A stretch of DNA of 64,000 bases from Alphaproteobacteria bacterium (GCA_965220745.1 CBDCQT010000012.1:224001-288000), one strand, 5' to 3'. Shown: positions 18,784 to 28,677, numbered from the stretch's first letter. Numbers and translations: made by a program. The notes: generated by a model not told the origin, from the letters alone.

Positions 18784-19568
18784 CCCCAGACCGCCGGGTC
18801 CTTGAGGTAGTCGTGCACCACGCGGCCGAAGTTCAGGTCGAAGTCGACGACGGCGAAGAAGCCGCCCAGGATGCGCACGGGCGCCAGCTGATGCCATGAA
18901 TCGGCGGCGGTGCTCGCGAGCGTGAGCGCGGCACGGCCCGCGTAGAGCTCGGGGCTGCCGTCTCCGCTCTTGCGCAGCGCGCCCGTCACGTCGAGCCGCA
19001 CCAGCTCCGAGACGCTCGGTCGCTCCGCCGTCTCCGCGCTCGGGATGTGGCGGTAGGAAAGCACCGGCGATTCGGCAAGCTCGTCGGGCGAGGCCTTGCG
19101 GTCGCACACCATCGAGGCAGTCATCAGGCGCTGCCCGCGCGGCCGTTCCACCGTAAGCAACAGTTGCTCCATATAGGGCCTGACGTCGCCGCCCCAGTTG
19201 TGCTCGATCACGGCGACCTTCTTGGCGTAGCCCCAGATCTCGCGGCCGGCGCCGAGAGGGATATCGTTATCGACCAGGATCGCCGGCTGATACATGTAGC
19301 GCGTACCGTGCAGCGTCACGTCGACCATGACGAAGGCCTCGTGATAGGGGCCGAAGGCCGAGAACGGGACCCAGCGCGCCCACGAGGTGCAGATTACCGG
19401 ATCGTCTGCCGGCTCCACGTGGGGCGGCAGCAGCTCCACCACTGCGGTGCTGTCAGCCTCGTAGCGGATCATCAGGTCCTGCACGCCGCGGAAGGGATAG
19501 GGTGGGGCCTCATACATCGGGCCGCCCAGCGGCATGCTGAAGTGGCGCTTGAAGGTGGCGATGTCCAT
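18780..19568 (-). CDS. Acetoacetate decarboxylase family protein
   Basis: SMPL...PPYPF, FGPYHE, GREIWGYAKK (Schiff-base Lys motif), VVHDYL C-terminus. Confidence 0.9.
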   Translation of the reverse strand: MDIATFKRHFSMPLGGPMYEAPPYPFRGVQDLMIRYEADSTAVVELLPPHVEPADDPVICTSWARWVPFSAFGPYHEAFVMVDVTLHGTRYMYQPAILVDNDIPLGAGREIWGYAKKVAVIEHNWGGDVRPYMEQLLLTVERPRGQRLMTASMVCDRKASPDELAESPVLSYRHIPSAETAERPSVSELVRLDVTGALRKSGDGSPELYAGRAALTLASTAADSWHQLAPVRILGGFFAVVDFDLNFGRVVHDYLKDPAVWG

Positions 19569-19592
19569 GGCGGGTTTCCCTGGCGCGCGGGC

Positions 19593-20366
19593 CTAGCCGT
19601 TTTCCGTGTCGAGCGCGGACCAGTCGTCGAGCCTGCCGTAGAGGTAGGGCACAAATTCATCGGCCGGCAGGCGGGCCAACGGACGGCAGGTGGAAAGCAG
19701 GTCGCCCTCGATGTAGGAGGCGCCGCGCACCTCGCAGACCTCGATGTCGGCCAGCGGATCGTGCGCCGTCGAGCGCAGCGCGAGCGTGCCGGTCCCCTCG
19801 CGTCGCACCGTCAGATGATTGTCGAACTCGGCGAGCGTCAGCACGGGATCGTCCTCAAGGCCTGTACCGGTGCAGGACGGCAACGCCTTGATGTTGAAGT
19901 TGGCGCCCGTCTCGCGGCCAGCCTCACGCTCATGCGGCAGCGTCGCCTCGATCTCGATCACGCGTGTACCGAGCCGCTCGATATAGCCGTGCATGGCATT
20001 GCCGCGGCGCTGTAGGCGCGTCGTGGCCTGCTTCTTCGGCTCGCCGAAGAGGTCGCGCCCGAAGATGATCGCGTGGTCCTGATCCATAAACATCGCGAGC
20101 ACGTAGGGCGCCTCGATCTCCCCGTGCCGGGCCATGACGTAGATCGCGCCACCAGTGAAGTCAGCAACACAGTTGGAGCGCCAGCGGCCCACCATCGCGA
20201 TCACCAGCGGCTCCGCCACGGGCTCCAGCCCCGGCGGCAGGACCTCGGCCACGATCTCAGTCCGCGTGAGGAAATCGATCATCAGCATCTCGGCACCGAC
20301 GAAGCGCGGCCGCTTCATCACTGCCTCGATGCGCTTTACCTCCTCGGGCGTTTTCACGAAGCCCAT
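19593..20366 (-). CDS. Acetoacetate decarboxylase family protein
   Basis: LPPGLEP, GRDLFGEPKK, HDPLADIEV. Confidence 0.88.
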   Translation of the reverse strand: MGFVKTPEEVKRIEAVMKRPRFVGAEMLMIDFLTRTEIVAEVLPPGLEPVAEPLVIAMVGRWRSNCVADFTGGAIYVMARHGEIEAPYVLAMFMDQDHAIIFGRDLFGEPKKQATTRLQRRGNAMHGYIERLGTRVIEIEATLPHEREAGRETGANFNIKALPSCTGTGLEDDPVLTLAEFDNHLTVRREGTGTLALRSTAHDPLADIEVCEVRGASYIEGDLLSTCRPLARLPADEFVPYLYGRLDDWSALDTENG

Positions 20367-20401
20367 GGCGCGATCCTCCTGTTTCGGCCGGCGAGCGTCC
20401 C

Positions 20402-21109
20402 TCAGGCGCCCAGATAGGCGCGGCGCAGCCGCTCCGAATCCCTGAGCGCGTCGACGGTGCCGCTGAAGCTGACCTCACCGCCGGAGATGACGGTCCCGTT
20501 GTCGGCGACCCGGAGCGCGAAGTCCGCGTTCTGTTCGGCGACGACGATGGTGAGGCCCAGAGATTTGAGCGCGCGGAAGGTGTCGACGAGCGTGTTGATG
20601 ATGGCGGGCGCGAGGCCCAGCGTCGGCTCGTCCACCATGAGTAGCCTGGGCTGCGCCATCAAGCCGCGCGCAATGGTGAGTTGCTGCTGCTCTCCGCCCG
20701 AGAGCGTGCCGCCTGCTTGCCGGGCGCGCTCCTTGAGGATGGGGAACATCGCGTAGTTGCGCTCGATCAGCTCGCGCGTCTTCGCCCGTTCGCGGATGTG
20801 CACCGTGGCGCCCACCAGCAGATTGTCGAGTACGCTCATCTCCGGGAAGATGCGCCGCCCCTCGGGCACGTGGGCGATCCCGTCCAGCACGATCCGGTCC
20901 GGCGATCGCCGGAGAAGCGACTTCCCTTCGAAGTCGATCTGCCCCGCAAGCGGGCGCATGAGGCCGCTGATCGCCCGCAGGATCGACGTCTTGCCCGCGC
21001 CGTTGGGGCCGAGCAATGCGCAGACTTCCCCCTGATCCACCGACAGGTTGAAACCGCGCACCACGCGGTTCACACCGTAGACGAGCGTCAGGTTGTCGAT
21101 CGCCAACAT
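20402..21109 (-). CDS. livF: Branched-chain amino acid-type ABC ATP-binding protein (LivF-like)
   Basis: GPNGAGKT, HVPEGRRIF, LSGGEQQ, DEPTLGLAP, EQNA. Confidence 0.92.
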   Translation of the reverse strand: MLAIDNLTLVYGVNRVVRGFNLSVDQGEVCALLGPNGAGKTSILRAISGLMRPLAGQIDFEGKSLLRRSPDRIVLDGIAHVPEGRRIFPEMSVLDNLLVGATVHIRERAKTRELIERNYAMFPILKERARQAGGTLSGGEQQQLTIARGLMAQPRLLMVDEPTLGLAPAIINTLVDTFRALKSLGLTIVVAEQNADFALRVADNGTVISGGEVSFSGTVDALRDSERLRRAYLGA

Positions 21110-21110
21110 C

Positions 21111-21860
21111 TCAGTGCTCGCCGCCGAGATAGATGCTGACCACCTGCTCGTTTGAGCGGATTTCGTCAGGTGTGCCCGAGACCAGCAGCGCGCCGTGATG
21201 CATGACGAACAGGTACTCGCACACGTCCATGACTACTTCCATGTTGTGGTCGATCAAGAGCGTGGTAAGCCCGCCCCGCTGGCATTCGCGCAGGTGCTCG
21301 ATCAGGTCGAAGGACTCCTCCCGGCTGAAGCCGGCGAAGGGCTCGTCCAGCAGGAGCACCTTGGGGCCGAGCGCAAGCGCCTGCGCAATCTCGGCGCGCC
21401 GGCGCAGCAGGTGGCTGAGATCGGTTGGCAGGTCGCCGCGGACGGCCTCCAGTTCGAAGAACTCGAGCAGCGCGTCGCAGCGCACGTCCTCGTCGCCGGT
21501 GCAGCCGGGGTAGCTCAAGTCGCGGCCTCCGTGCCGGCCGCCCCAGATCATCGCTGTCCTGATGTTTTCCTCCACCGACTCTTCGGTGAAGAGGCGGTTC
21601 TTCTGGTAGGTGCGGCTGAGGCCGCTGCGCGCGACCTTGTAAGACGGCAGACGGTGGATCGGCTTCGAGTCCAGCGTCACCGTGCCCGCATCGGGCGCCG
21701 CATGCTTGGTGACGAGGTTGACGAAGGTGGTCTTGCCGGCGCCGTTGGGCCCGATCAGGCCGACCAGCGCGCCGCGCGGCACGTCGAAGCTCACGTCGCG
21801 CACGGCTTCGACGCCGCCGAAGCGCTTGCTCAGGTTGCGGACCTCGAGGATCGCGTCCAT
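21111..21860 (-). CDS. livG: Branched-chain amino acid-type ABC ATP-binding protein (LivG-like)
   Basis: GLIGPNGAGKTT, LLLDEPFAG, IDHNM, GTPDEIRSNEQVVSIYLG. Confidence 0.92.
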   Translation of the reverse strand: MDAILEVRNLSKRFGGVEAVRDVSFDVPRGALVGLIGPNGAGKTTFVNLVTKHAAPDAGTVTLDSKPIHRLPSYKVARSGLSRTYQKNRLFTEESVEENIRTAMIWGGRHGGRDLSYPGCTGDEDVRCDALLEFFELEAVRGDLPTDLSHLLRRRAEIAQALALGPKVLLLDEPFAGFSREESFDLIEHLRECQRGGLTTLLIDHNMEVVMDVCEYLFVMHHGALLVSGTPDEIRSNEQVVSIYLGGEH

Positions 21861-21866
21861 CGGCCG

Positions 21867-22904
21867 CTACTGTCCCCTCGCGCCGCCGCCGAGCGCCTCG
21901 GCCACTCTCTGCCTGATGCCGGCGGACTCGAGGGCGAAGCGCCAGAGCAGATTGGCGCCGCCCCAGAGTCCACCGCGGAAGAACAACACCGTGACCACGA
22001 TCAGGCCACCGAGGACGATTTGGTTCCACTTGCCGAAATCCTGGATGAACTGATCGAGAACCACCAGGAAGACGACTCCGATGGCGGGTCCCAACAGCGT
22101 GCCGGAGCCGCCAATGATGACGTAGATCACGTACTGGAAAGAGCTCCAGATGGTGAACGAGCTCGGGTCGATGGCGATCTGCATGGAGGCATAGAGTGCA
22201 CCGGAGAGGCCTGCGAAGCCGGCGGCGAAGACGAAGACAAGCTGCTTGTAGCGGAAGACGTCGAGGCCGCGCGCAGCCGCAAGGTCCTCGTCCTGGCGGA
22301 TCGCGCTCAAGGCGCGCCCCACGTGGCCGCGCGCGAGCCACCACGAGGAGAACGCCGCGATCACGAGGAAGAAAAGCACCACGATAAGGAAGCGCGCATT
22401 GGTGACGAAGGCGTAGTCGCCGAGCGCGGGCCGTGCGATGCCGGCGGTGCCGTGCGGACCGCCGGTGAACCACTCCCAGCTGTCGAACATGATGTAGAGA
22501 AGCTGGCCGACGGCGAGGGTGCCGATGGCGAAGTGGTAGCCACGCAGCCGGAACAGCGGATAGCTCAGCAGATAAGCGAGCGCGCAGGTAATGATGATGG
22601 CGCAGGGCAGCGCGGCCCAGAAGTCGAACTCGAACTGTTGCACCGTGAGCACGCCCACCACGTAGGCGCCGACACCGACAAAGCCGCCCTGACCCATGGC
22701 GAGGTAGCCCATGTGGCCCATGAGCAGCCCGAAGGGGATGACCGCGATCATCGCCGTGCCCGCCCCCACCAGCAGGCGCAGGTGATAGTTGTTGTCGACA
22801 GTCGCCCAGAGGATGCCGAGGAAGGCGAGCAGGACGAGCCAGCCGATCACGGCCCGCGTGCTGCGGTCTCGAAGCGATATCTGTGGGGCTCGCAAGATCG
22901 TCAT
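21867..22904 (-). CDS. livM: LIV-type ABC permease (LivM-like)
   Basis: RLRGYHFAIGTLA, AIRQDEDLAAARG, IIGGSG. Confidence 0.9.
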   Translation of the reverse strand: MTILRAPQISLRDRSTRAVIGWLVLLAFLGILWATVDNNYHLRLLVGAGTAMIAVIPFGLLMGHMGYLAMGQGGFVGVGAYVVGVLTVQQFEFDFWAALPCAIIITCALAYLLSYPLFRLRGYHFAIGTLAVGQLLYIMFDSWEWFTGGPHGTAGIARPALGDYAFVTNARFLIVVLFFLVIAAFSSWWLARGHVGRALSAIRQDEDLAAARGLDVFRYKQLVFVFAAGFAGLSGALYASMQIAIDPSSFTIWSSFQYVIYVIIGGSGTLLGPAIGVVFLVVLDQFIQDFGKWNQIVLGGLIVVTVLFFRGGLWGGANLLWRFALESAGIRQRVAEALGGGARGQ

Positions 22905-23776
22905 GCGTTGCGATCCGGCAGACCGAAGAGCCCCTGCGGGCGGATCATGAGAATCGCCAGAAGCACCAGGAAGGGCACTAGATCGCCGAGCTTGGAGCCG
23001 ACGTAGAAGACCGTGAGGTTGTAGAGAATGCCGAGGATGAGGCCGGCGACGATTGAGCCCGCGATGCTGCCCATCCCGCCGAATATGATGATGACCAGCG
23101 CCATGAGCAGCGGCTGAAAGCCCATGTCCGGCCGCACGTTGAACAGCGCGCCGAGCATGGCACCGGCAGCACCGCCGAGCGCGCCGCCGAGGAAGAACAC
23201 GATCGCCGCCACGCGGCGCTTCTTGATGCCCATCAGGGCGGCGGTCTCCTCGCCCTGGGCAGTGGCGCGCATGGTGCGCCCGAGGTGAGTGCGGTAGACG
23301 ACGAAATAGAGTAACGCGAACAGGACGAGCGTAATGGCGATGGTGACCAGTCGCGCGCCGTCGATACGAATGTCGCCTGCCGTCAGCGCCCAGTCCTCCC
23401 CCGGCATGGCGATCGGTCGCGCCTCGAAGTCGCCCCAGATGCGAAGCGCCGTGGTACCGAGAACCATGTAGAGGCCGAGCGACGCCAGCAGCTGGTCGGT
23501 CAAGGGCCGCCGTTGAAGGAAGCGGAAGACCGCGTTCTCCAGCACGATGCTGAGCAGCCCCATGACGATCATGGCGGCGAAGAAGCCGACGAAGAAATGG
23601 GTACCGAGCTGCGTCGCGACCACGTAGGCCACGAAGCCGCCCAGCATGATGAGCTGGCCGTGGGCGAGGTTGATGACCCTGTAGACGCCGAAGATGAGGG
23701 CGAGGCCCGCCGCCGCGACGGCAAGGTTCATGCCATAGGAGGCGCCGTAGATCAGCTGCTGGGCGAACGCGGTCAC
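22901..23776 (-). CDS. livH: LIV-type ABC permease (LivH-like)
   Basis: GLALIFGVYRVINLAHG, LGRTMRA, FGGMGS. Confidence 0.9.
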   Translation of the reverse strand: MTAFAQQLIYGASYGMNLAVAAAGLALIFGVYRVINLAHGQLIMLGGFVAYVVATQLGTHFFVGFFAAMIVMGLLSIVLENAVFRFLQRRPLTDQLLASLGLYMVLGTTALRIWGDFEARPIAMPGEDWALTAGDIRIDGARLVTIAITLVLFALLYFVVYRTHLGRTMRATAQGEETAALMGIKKRRVAAIVFFLGGALGGAAGAMLGALFNVRPDMGFQPLLMALVIIIFGGMGSIAGSIVAGLILGILYNLTVFYVGSKLGDLVPFLVLLAILMIRPQGLFGLPDRNA

Positions 23777-23914
23777 AGCCGAAGCCGCTCCGGCTGCGCG
23801 TCAGCGCCCAGCGATTGAGGGCAAAAGAGAGGCGGCGCGCACCCTCCCGGGCAGGCGCCGCCCCAGCGTCTGCTCAACCTGCGGAATCCGGCCTAAACCG
23901 TCCCCGCGGCGGAG

Positions 23915-25294
23915 TTATTTCGGCAACTTGTCGCCGTACACGTACGGCCCGTAGAAGAGCTCGTCCCGGTAACTGATGCCGGTGTACCAGACCTTCTCGT
24001 CTGCGACGCCAATGATGTACTCGGTCGCGAAGAGCTGGCCGGTTTTCTCGCCGGTATCGGGCCGGGTGAAGAACTCGTTTGTCGGCCCGCGCAGGCCGTT
24101 GATCTTCAGGTTGCGCCAGGCTTCCACGATCTTGTCGTTGTCGGTGTGGTCGCCCGAGGCCTGCACGCCGTAGAGGAACCAGATGGCGGCGTCGTAGGCG
24201 CCGCGATCGAACGGGCTCGAGTTCCCGACTTCAGTCTCGCCGTACTTCGCGTTGTAGATCGGCACGTATTTCTCGACGCGCGCCAGCGTGGCTTCGTCCT
24301 GCGCCGGGTTGTGCTCTTGCCAGCCCCAGACGTAACCCGACGACATGTTGATGCCTTGATCCTTGGCCACGTCGACGAAGATCTGGAGCATCAGCACGTC
24401 GTTGCCCAGCAGGATGATCTCGCCGGTCTCGTAGTTGAGCCCCTGCTTCTTCATCTCATTCATGATCGCCAGCATGTCGGGGAAGATGTAGGCGTCCATC
24501 AGGACGATGTCGGGGTCCTGTTCCGCGAGCTTGGCGACGTGGGGCGCGAAGTCCGTGGTGCCGAAGGGATAGAGCACCGCCCAGTCGTGCTGGTACTCGT
24601 ACCGGCCGCCGCCCTTCTCTACCGCTTCCTGCCAGCCGATAGAGCCGTGCACGGTGTAGAGCTCGTTGCGGCCGATGAAGCCGAGCTTCTTGCGCCCATC
24701 GAAGAGGGCGGGATCGATGCCGTGCTCCGCCAGCCTCTCGGGCGTCTCATGGATGAACTCGCCCATGGCGTGCTTCTCGATCACGCCGGTGTCGGTGATG
24801 TCGTGGCCATACTCGCGGCCCACGGTCATCGCCGGGCTCGAGCAGATCGCGCAGATGCTGATGATTCCCTGCGGATCGAGGATCGACGCGGCAGACAGCA
24901 GCGCCGAATTCATCCGGGGGCCCCAGATCGCGCGGGCTTCGTCCTGCTCGACCAGGCGGATGACGGCGTCGATCGACTTCTTGTCTTCGGAGACGTCGTC
25001 ATAGGCCGTCCACTCAATGGGGATGACCTTGTCGCCGATCTTGAGGCCGCCGCCCTCGCACGGTTGCGGTGGTACGGCTTCGACAATGCAATCGCCTTTC
25101 ATGAACTGCTCGACGGCGAGCCTCACGGCCGCTTCCTCGAAGAGCCCCAGGAACGAAGCCGGACCCGACAGCGTGAAGACGCCGCCAAACTTGAAGGTGT
25201 CTTCCGCCTTGGCCAGTTGCGGGCCGGCCACGAGCCCCGCACAGAGCGCCGCACCCAGCAGCCCTGCCCGAATTACGCCAAAGGATGATGCCAT
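23915..25294 (-). CDS. LIV-type ABC substrate-binding protein (divergent, with insertions)
   Basis: Signal peptide, LSGPASFLG, GTTDFAPHVAKL, AYDAA. Heads the liv-like operon. Confidence 0.85.
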   Translation of the reverse strand: MASSFGVIRAGLLGAALCAGLVAGPQLAKAEDTFKFGGVFTLSGPASFLGLFEEAAVRLAVEQFMKGDCIVEAVPPQPCEGGGLKIGDKVIPIEWTAYDDVSEDKKSIDAVIRLVEQDEARAIWGPRMNSALLSAASILDPQGIISICAICSSPAMTVGREYGHDITDTGVIEKHAMGEFIHETPERLAEHGIDPALFDGRKKLGFIGRNELYTVHGSIGWQEAVEKGGGRYEYQHDWAVLYPFGTTDFAPHVAKLAEQDPDIVLMDAYIFPDMLAIMNEMKKQGLNYETGEIILLGNDVLMLQIFVDVAKDQGINMSSGYVWGWQEHNPAQDEATLARVEKYVPIYNAKYGETEVGNSSPFDRGAYDAAIWFLYGVQASGDHTDNDKIVEAWRNLKINGLRGPTNEFFTRPDTGEKTGQLFATEYIIGVADEKVWYTGISYRDELFYGPYVYGDKLPK

Positions 25295-25396
25295 CTCCCT
25301 CTCCCTAAGTTCCGCGCTGTGCGCGCTACGATAAACCGCTCAAATTCGGTTCCGGAGTATGGTGAGCGCCCCAAATGGTGTCAAACGACGCTCCGG

Positions 25397-26185
25397 TCAC
25401 GAGCCGAACGCCTCGATCAGGGGACCGCGCCACCCGTGATTGGTCATGTCCAGCTGGATCGGCGTGACCGAGATCGCGTTTTCGTGGATCGCGTGGAGAT
25501 CGGTCCCGGGGTGTTTGCCGCCGTCCTTGTAGCTGATCTCGACCCAGAAATAGGGCACGTGGCGCGTGTCGATGCGCCCGTCGATGGTGAAGGAGCCCGG
25601 CGGACGCTGCCCCTGCGTCGTGATATGGACACCGCTCACCGCTTCCGGCGGCGCATCCGGGAAGTTGACGTTGACCAGCGTGCCCGACGGCCAGTCGGGC
25701 AGGCGCATGAGGGTCTCGATCACGTCAGGTGCGAAGGCTTCCGCCGTGGCCCAGAGCGCTTCGTCCCCCATGGTGAACACTTGGCTGAGCGCGATCGAGG
25801 GGATGCCGAGCAGGGTTCCTTCCATCGCCGCAGCGATGGTGCCCGAATAGGTCATGTCCTCCGCGAGGTTCGCGCCGCGATTGATGCCGGAGAGCAGGAC
25901 CGTGGGCGGGCTCTCGGTCATCAGCTCGTGGATCGCCATCAGCGCGCAGTCGGTGGGCGTACCGTCCACTGCGTAGCGCTTCTCGCCCATCTGGCGCAGG
26001 CGGATCGGTGTGTGCATCGAGATGGAATGGCCGGCGCCGCTCCGCTCGTGATCCGGCGCGACGACCCAGACGTCGTCCGTCAGGCTTCGCGCGGTCGCCT
26101 CAAGTATCTTGAGCCCCCTGGCGTGGATGCCGTCGTCGTTGGTGACCAGGATGCGGTGGTGGGAGAGATCGCTCTCCGCTGGCAT
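25397..26185 (-). CDS. surE: 5'/3'-nucleotidase SurE
   Basis: RILVTNDDGIHARG, VVAP, SGAGHS, GTPTDC, SGINRGAN, YSGT, NVNFP. Start at 26185 (MPAESD). Confidence 0.93.
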   Translation of the reverse strand: MPAESDLSHHRILVTNDDGIHARGLKILEATARSLTDDVWVVAPDHERSGAGHSISMHTPIRLRQMGEKRYAVDGTPTDCALMAIHELMTESPPTVLLSGINRGANLAEDMTYSGTIAAAMEGTLLGIPSIALSQVFTMGDEALWATAEAFAPDVIETLMRLPDWPSGTLVNVNFPDAPPEAVSGVHITTQGQRPPGSFTIDGRIDTRHVPYFWVEISYKDGGKHPGTDLHAIHENAISVTPIQLDMTNHGWRGPLIEAFGS

Positions 26186-26304
26186 GGCGGGGATCCTTTC
26201 GGGCACGCGCGGCGGGGGCGGCAGTCTCTTCGCCGTGCCAACAGAGCGCAAGGACGCTTCCGAGTAACGCTGAAATGCGGGGCCGGCGATGCGGTGTGCC
26301 GGCA

Positions 26305-26333
26305 TTGACAGCCCAAAGGGCGATCCGCATGTT
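26305..26333 (+). promoter_or_regulatory. Putative sigma70 promoter of the dikinase-like/carboxylase operon
   Basis: TTGACA-N17-CATGTT about 40 bp upstream of GTG 26372. Confidence 0.5.
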
Positions 26334-26371
26334 GGCGCCTCCGTTCCGGCGAGCCTGCCCTGGGGGAGAGA

Positions 26372-27124
26372 GTGGCCAAGCTTTACGTGGACACGGACAA
26401 GTACGGCGACCAGGCACACTCGCCCACCGTCGAGGCCTTCCACAGCGCGATAAAAGACCTAGTAAGGCGCCGCCTCGACGAGAGCGGGGTCGACTGGAAC
26501 AGCTTCGTCTTCGACAAGTCCTACGATCTCATCACCGCGGCCGACTTCGAGGAGATCGAGAGGAAGCTGCTCGACGCCGGGCACCGCTACGACTTCTCCG
26601 CCGTAATCTCGGTGAACGAACGGCCCGAGGCCTACAAGCCGGCCGAAGGCATCCTGGGCGACGACCCTGACTGGACCATGGAGCATCCGGACGCGCCCTC
26701 CGCCGAAGCCGATGCGGAGGGCCGCGCCCTCTGCGGCGTCGGCGACAACGTGATGCGCGTCTCCGAGAATACCGTGGGCACCGCGCGCTACGTCCGTTCC
26801 AGCAGCCAGGTCATGCACTACCTCGGAGACGGCGTACCGCCGGAGACCATCGCCATCATCGATGACTCTGGTGGCACACTGACGGCGCCAATCCTGGAGC
26901 AATTCACCGGCATCATCTGCATGGGCGGCACGGTGCGCTCCCACCTCGGCATTCTATCGCGGGAATACGGTATTCCCTGCTTCATGAATGCCAAGATTAC
27001 TGGGATCAAGGAAGGCCAGCGGGTGGAGATGGAAACGGCCGCGGCGGCCAAGACGGCTGAAGCCTACCAGAAGGGCGAGGAGATGACCGCCAACATCTGG
27101 AAGCTGGCACAGGAGGCTTCGTGA
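26372..27124 (+). CDS. Stand-alone PEP-utilizer mobile (phospho-His swivel) domain protein with an unknown N-terminal domain
   Basis: C-terminal half has LTAPILEQFTGIICMGGTVRSHLGILSREYGIPC and IKEGQRVEM. No ATP-grasp or TIM barrel. Confidence 0.85.
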   Translation: MAKLYVDTDKYGDQAHSPTVEAFHSAIKDLVRRRLDESGVDWNSFVFDKSYDLITAADFEEIERKLLDAGHRYDFSAVISVNERPEAYKPAEGILGDDPDWTMEHPDAPSAEADAEGRALCGVGDNVMRVSENTVGTARYVRSSSQVMHYLGDGVPPETIAIIDDSGGTLTAPILEQFTGIICMGGTVRSHLGILSREYGIPCFMNAKITGIKEGQRVEMETAAAAKTAEAYQKGEEMTANIWKLAQEAS

Positions 27125-28677
27125 TGGTCGGCGCACCTCGCCTCTCCTACGCCCAGCTGCTGGAAACCAACAACCTTCTGCAGACCTTCACCGACGAGAC
27201 CTACTGGCTCTGCGTCACGCGCACCGTGCAGGAATCGAAGCTCTTCCCGGTGCCGCCCTACATGCTGCTCTCCTACCTCAACGCCTTCTATCGCTATCCC
27301 TCGCTCTTGCGGAAGGTGGAGAGCGTGATGACGGCGGAAGAGATCGGCGACCGCGCCCGAGCAGGGCGCCCGCCCGGCAAGAGCGCCATGGGCTGGGGGA
27401 TGCCGGGCTTCTACTTGCTCGGCCGCGAGTGGCTCATCAACATGGGTCTGCTGCGGCCGCAGGACGCTGCCGAGGATGTTGTCTACCTGATGGACTTCTG
27501 GAAGCGCCTGCAGCTCTCCTGGCACCGCAACGACGGGCACATCACCAACAAGGAATTCGGCCACCGCTGTCAGATCCTGCCCGAGCGGCGGCTTCAGGTC
27601 TTCGAGTCCGACGCCTACGGCTGCGAGGCCGGCGATCCGCTGCACAGCGCGGCGACGCAGTTCATGGCTTCTGCGGCGCAATACGGATTTCTCGTGAGCT
27701 GCGAGAGCCGCATCAGCCTGCTCAATACCGGGCCCTACAAGCTGGCCGACGGCAACGAGATGATCGTCCGCGAATTCATGGACCTCGGCGAAGGCGACTT
27801 TCCCTGGCTCGACGACGTGGCGGCCGATATCCCCTACAACAATCTCACCGTCCCGATGCTGGTGAAGGACTGCCACTTCTACTTGGTCGACGACTGGGGA
27901 AGCTTCGAATCCGAGCCCGAGTTCCGGGCCGAAAACATCGTCGGCGTCGGCCTCTACACCTCCGACCCGCTCACCGACGGGCACATTCCGGTGGGAATGG
28001 AGAGTCGTGAGACCCTGACCGAGACCTTCCGCACGCTGGACGGGCTCTTCAAGGAGGCGACGGCGCGGCTCTGGAAGCGCATCGCGGGCTGGAGCCGCGA
28101 CCAGATGCTCGACGCGGGCGCGCTCACCTATTTCGGCATCTGCAAGGACCTCGCCCACGTCGCGGGCGTCTACGCCCAAGAGGACTGGATGCTGATCGAC
28201 GAACGGGCCGAGCGCTTCCGCCCCCTGCTCAACGACGAGTTTAGCCGCGATTGCCTGGGCGAATTGGTCGGGCTGCTGACGCTGCCGAGCCATCGCCTCT
28301 CCTCCTACAGCATGATGCAGCACGGCAACGGCCCGACCGGCATGTACACACCGATCCCCTACGCGGTCCTGGACGGCGAGGATTACGTGCCCACCTGCGG
28401 CCCGGTCTATCCTGGCGCCACCACGTTGCCGGCCAAGGCCGACCGCTACCGCACCAGCCAGGGCGTGCTGACGTTGGAGGACTATAACCATCGGGTCCGT
28501 GACTTCACGCCGCAGTCCGACCGGTATCGTTTCCTGGACGAGACCTGGCTCAAGTACAACCACGACACAGCGCGTGCCGACGAGATGTACCGGCACGAGC
28601 AGGTACGGGCGCGCAAGATCCAAGGTCGCGGGGCGTCGCTCGGCGCTGCGGAGCTGGCGGCGCTCCCCCGCGACTAG
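27121..28677 (+). CDS. Hypothetical protein, 518 aa, translationally coupled to the phospho-His protein
   Basis: Long ORF with strong GC3 bias, globular composition, GTGA overlap. No family recognised. Confidence 0.85.
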   Translation: MMVGAPRLSYAQLLETNNLLQTFTDETYWLCVTRTVQESKLFPVPPYMLLSYLNAFYRYPSLLRKVESVMTAEEIGDRARAGRPPGKSAMGWGMPGFYLLGREWLINMGLLRPQDAAEDVVYLMDFWKRLQLSWHRNDGHITNKEFGHRCQILPERRLQVFESDAYGCEAGDPLHSAATQFMASAAQYGFLVSCESRISLLNTGPYKLADGNEMIVREFMDLGEGDFPWLDDVAADIPYNNLTVPMLVKDCHFYLVDDWGSFESEPEFRAENIVGVGLYTSDPLTDGHIPVGMESRETLTETFRTLDGLFKEATARLWKRIAGWSRDQMLDAGALTYFGICKDLAHVAGVYAQEDWMLIDERAERFRPLLNDEFSRDCLGELVGLLTLPSHRLSSYSMMQHGNGPTGMYTPIPYAVLDGEDYVPTCGPVYPGATTLPAKADRYRTSQGVLTLEDYNHRVRDFTPQSDRYRFLDETWLKYNHDTARADEMYRHEQVRARKIQGRGASLGAAELAALPRD

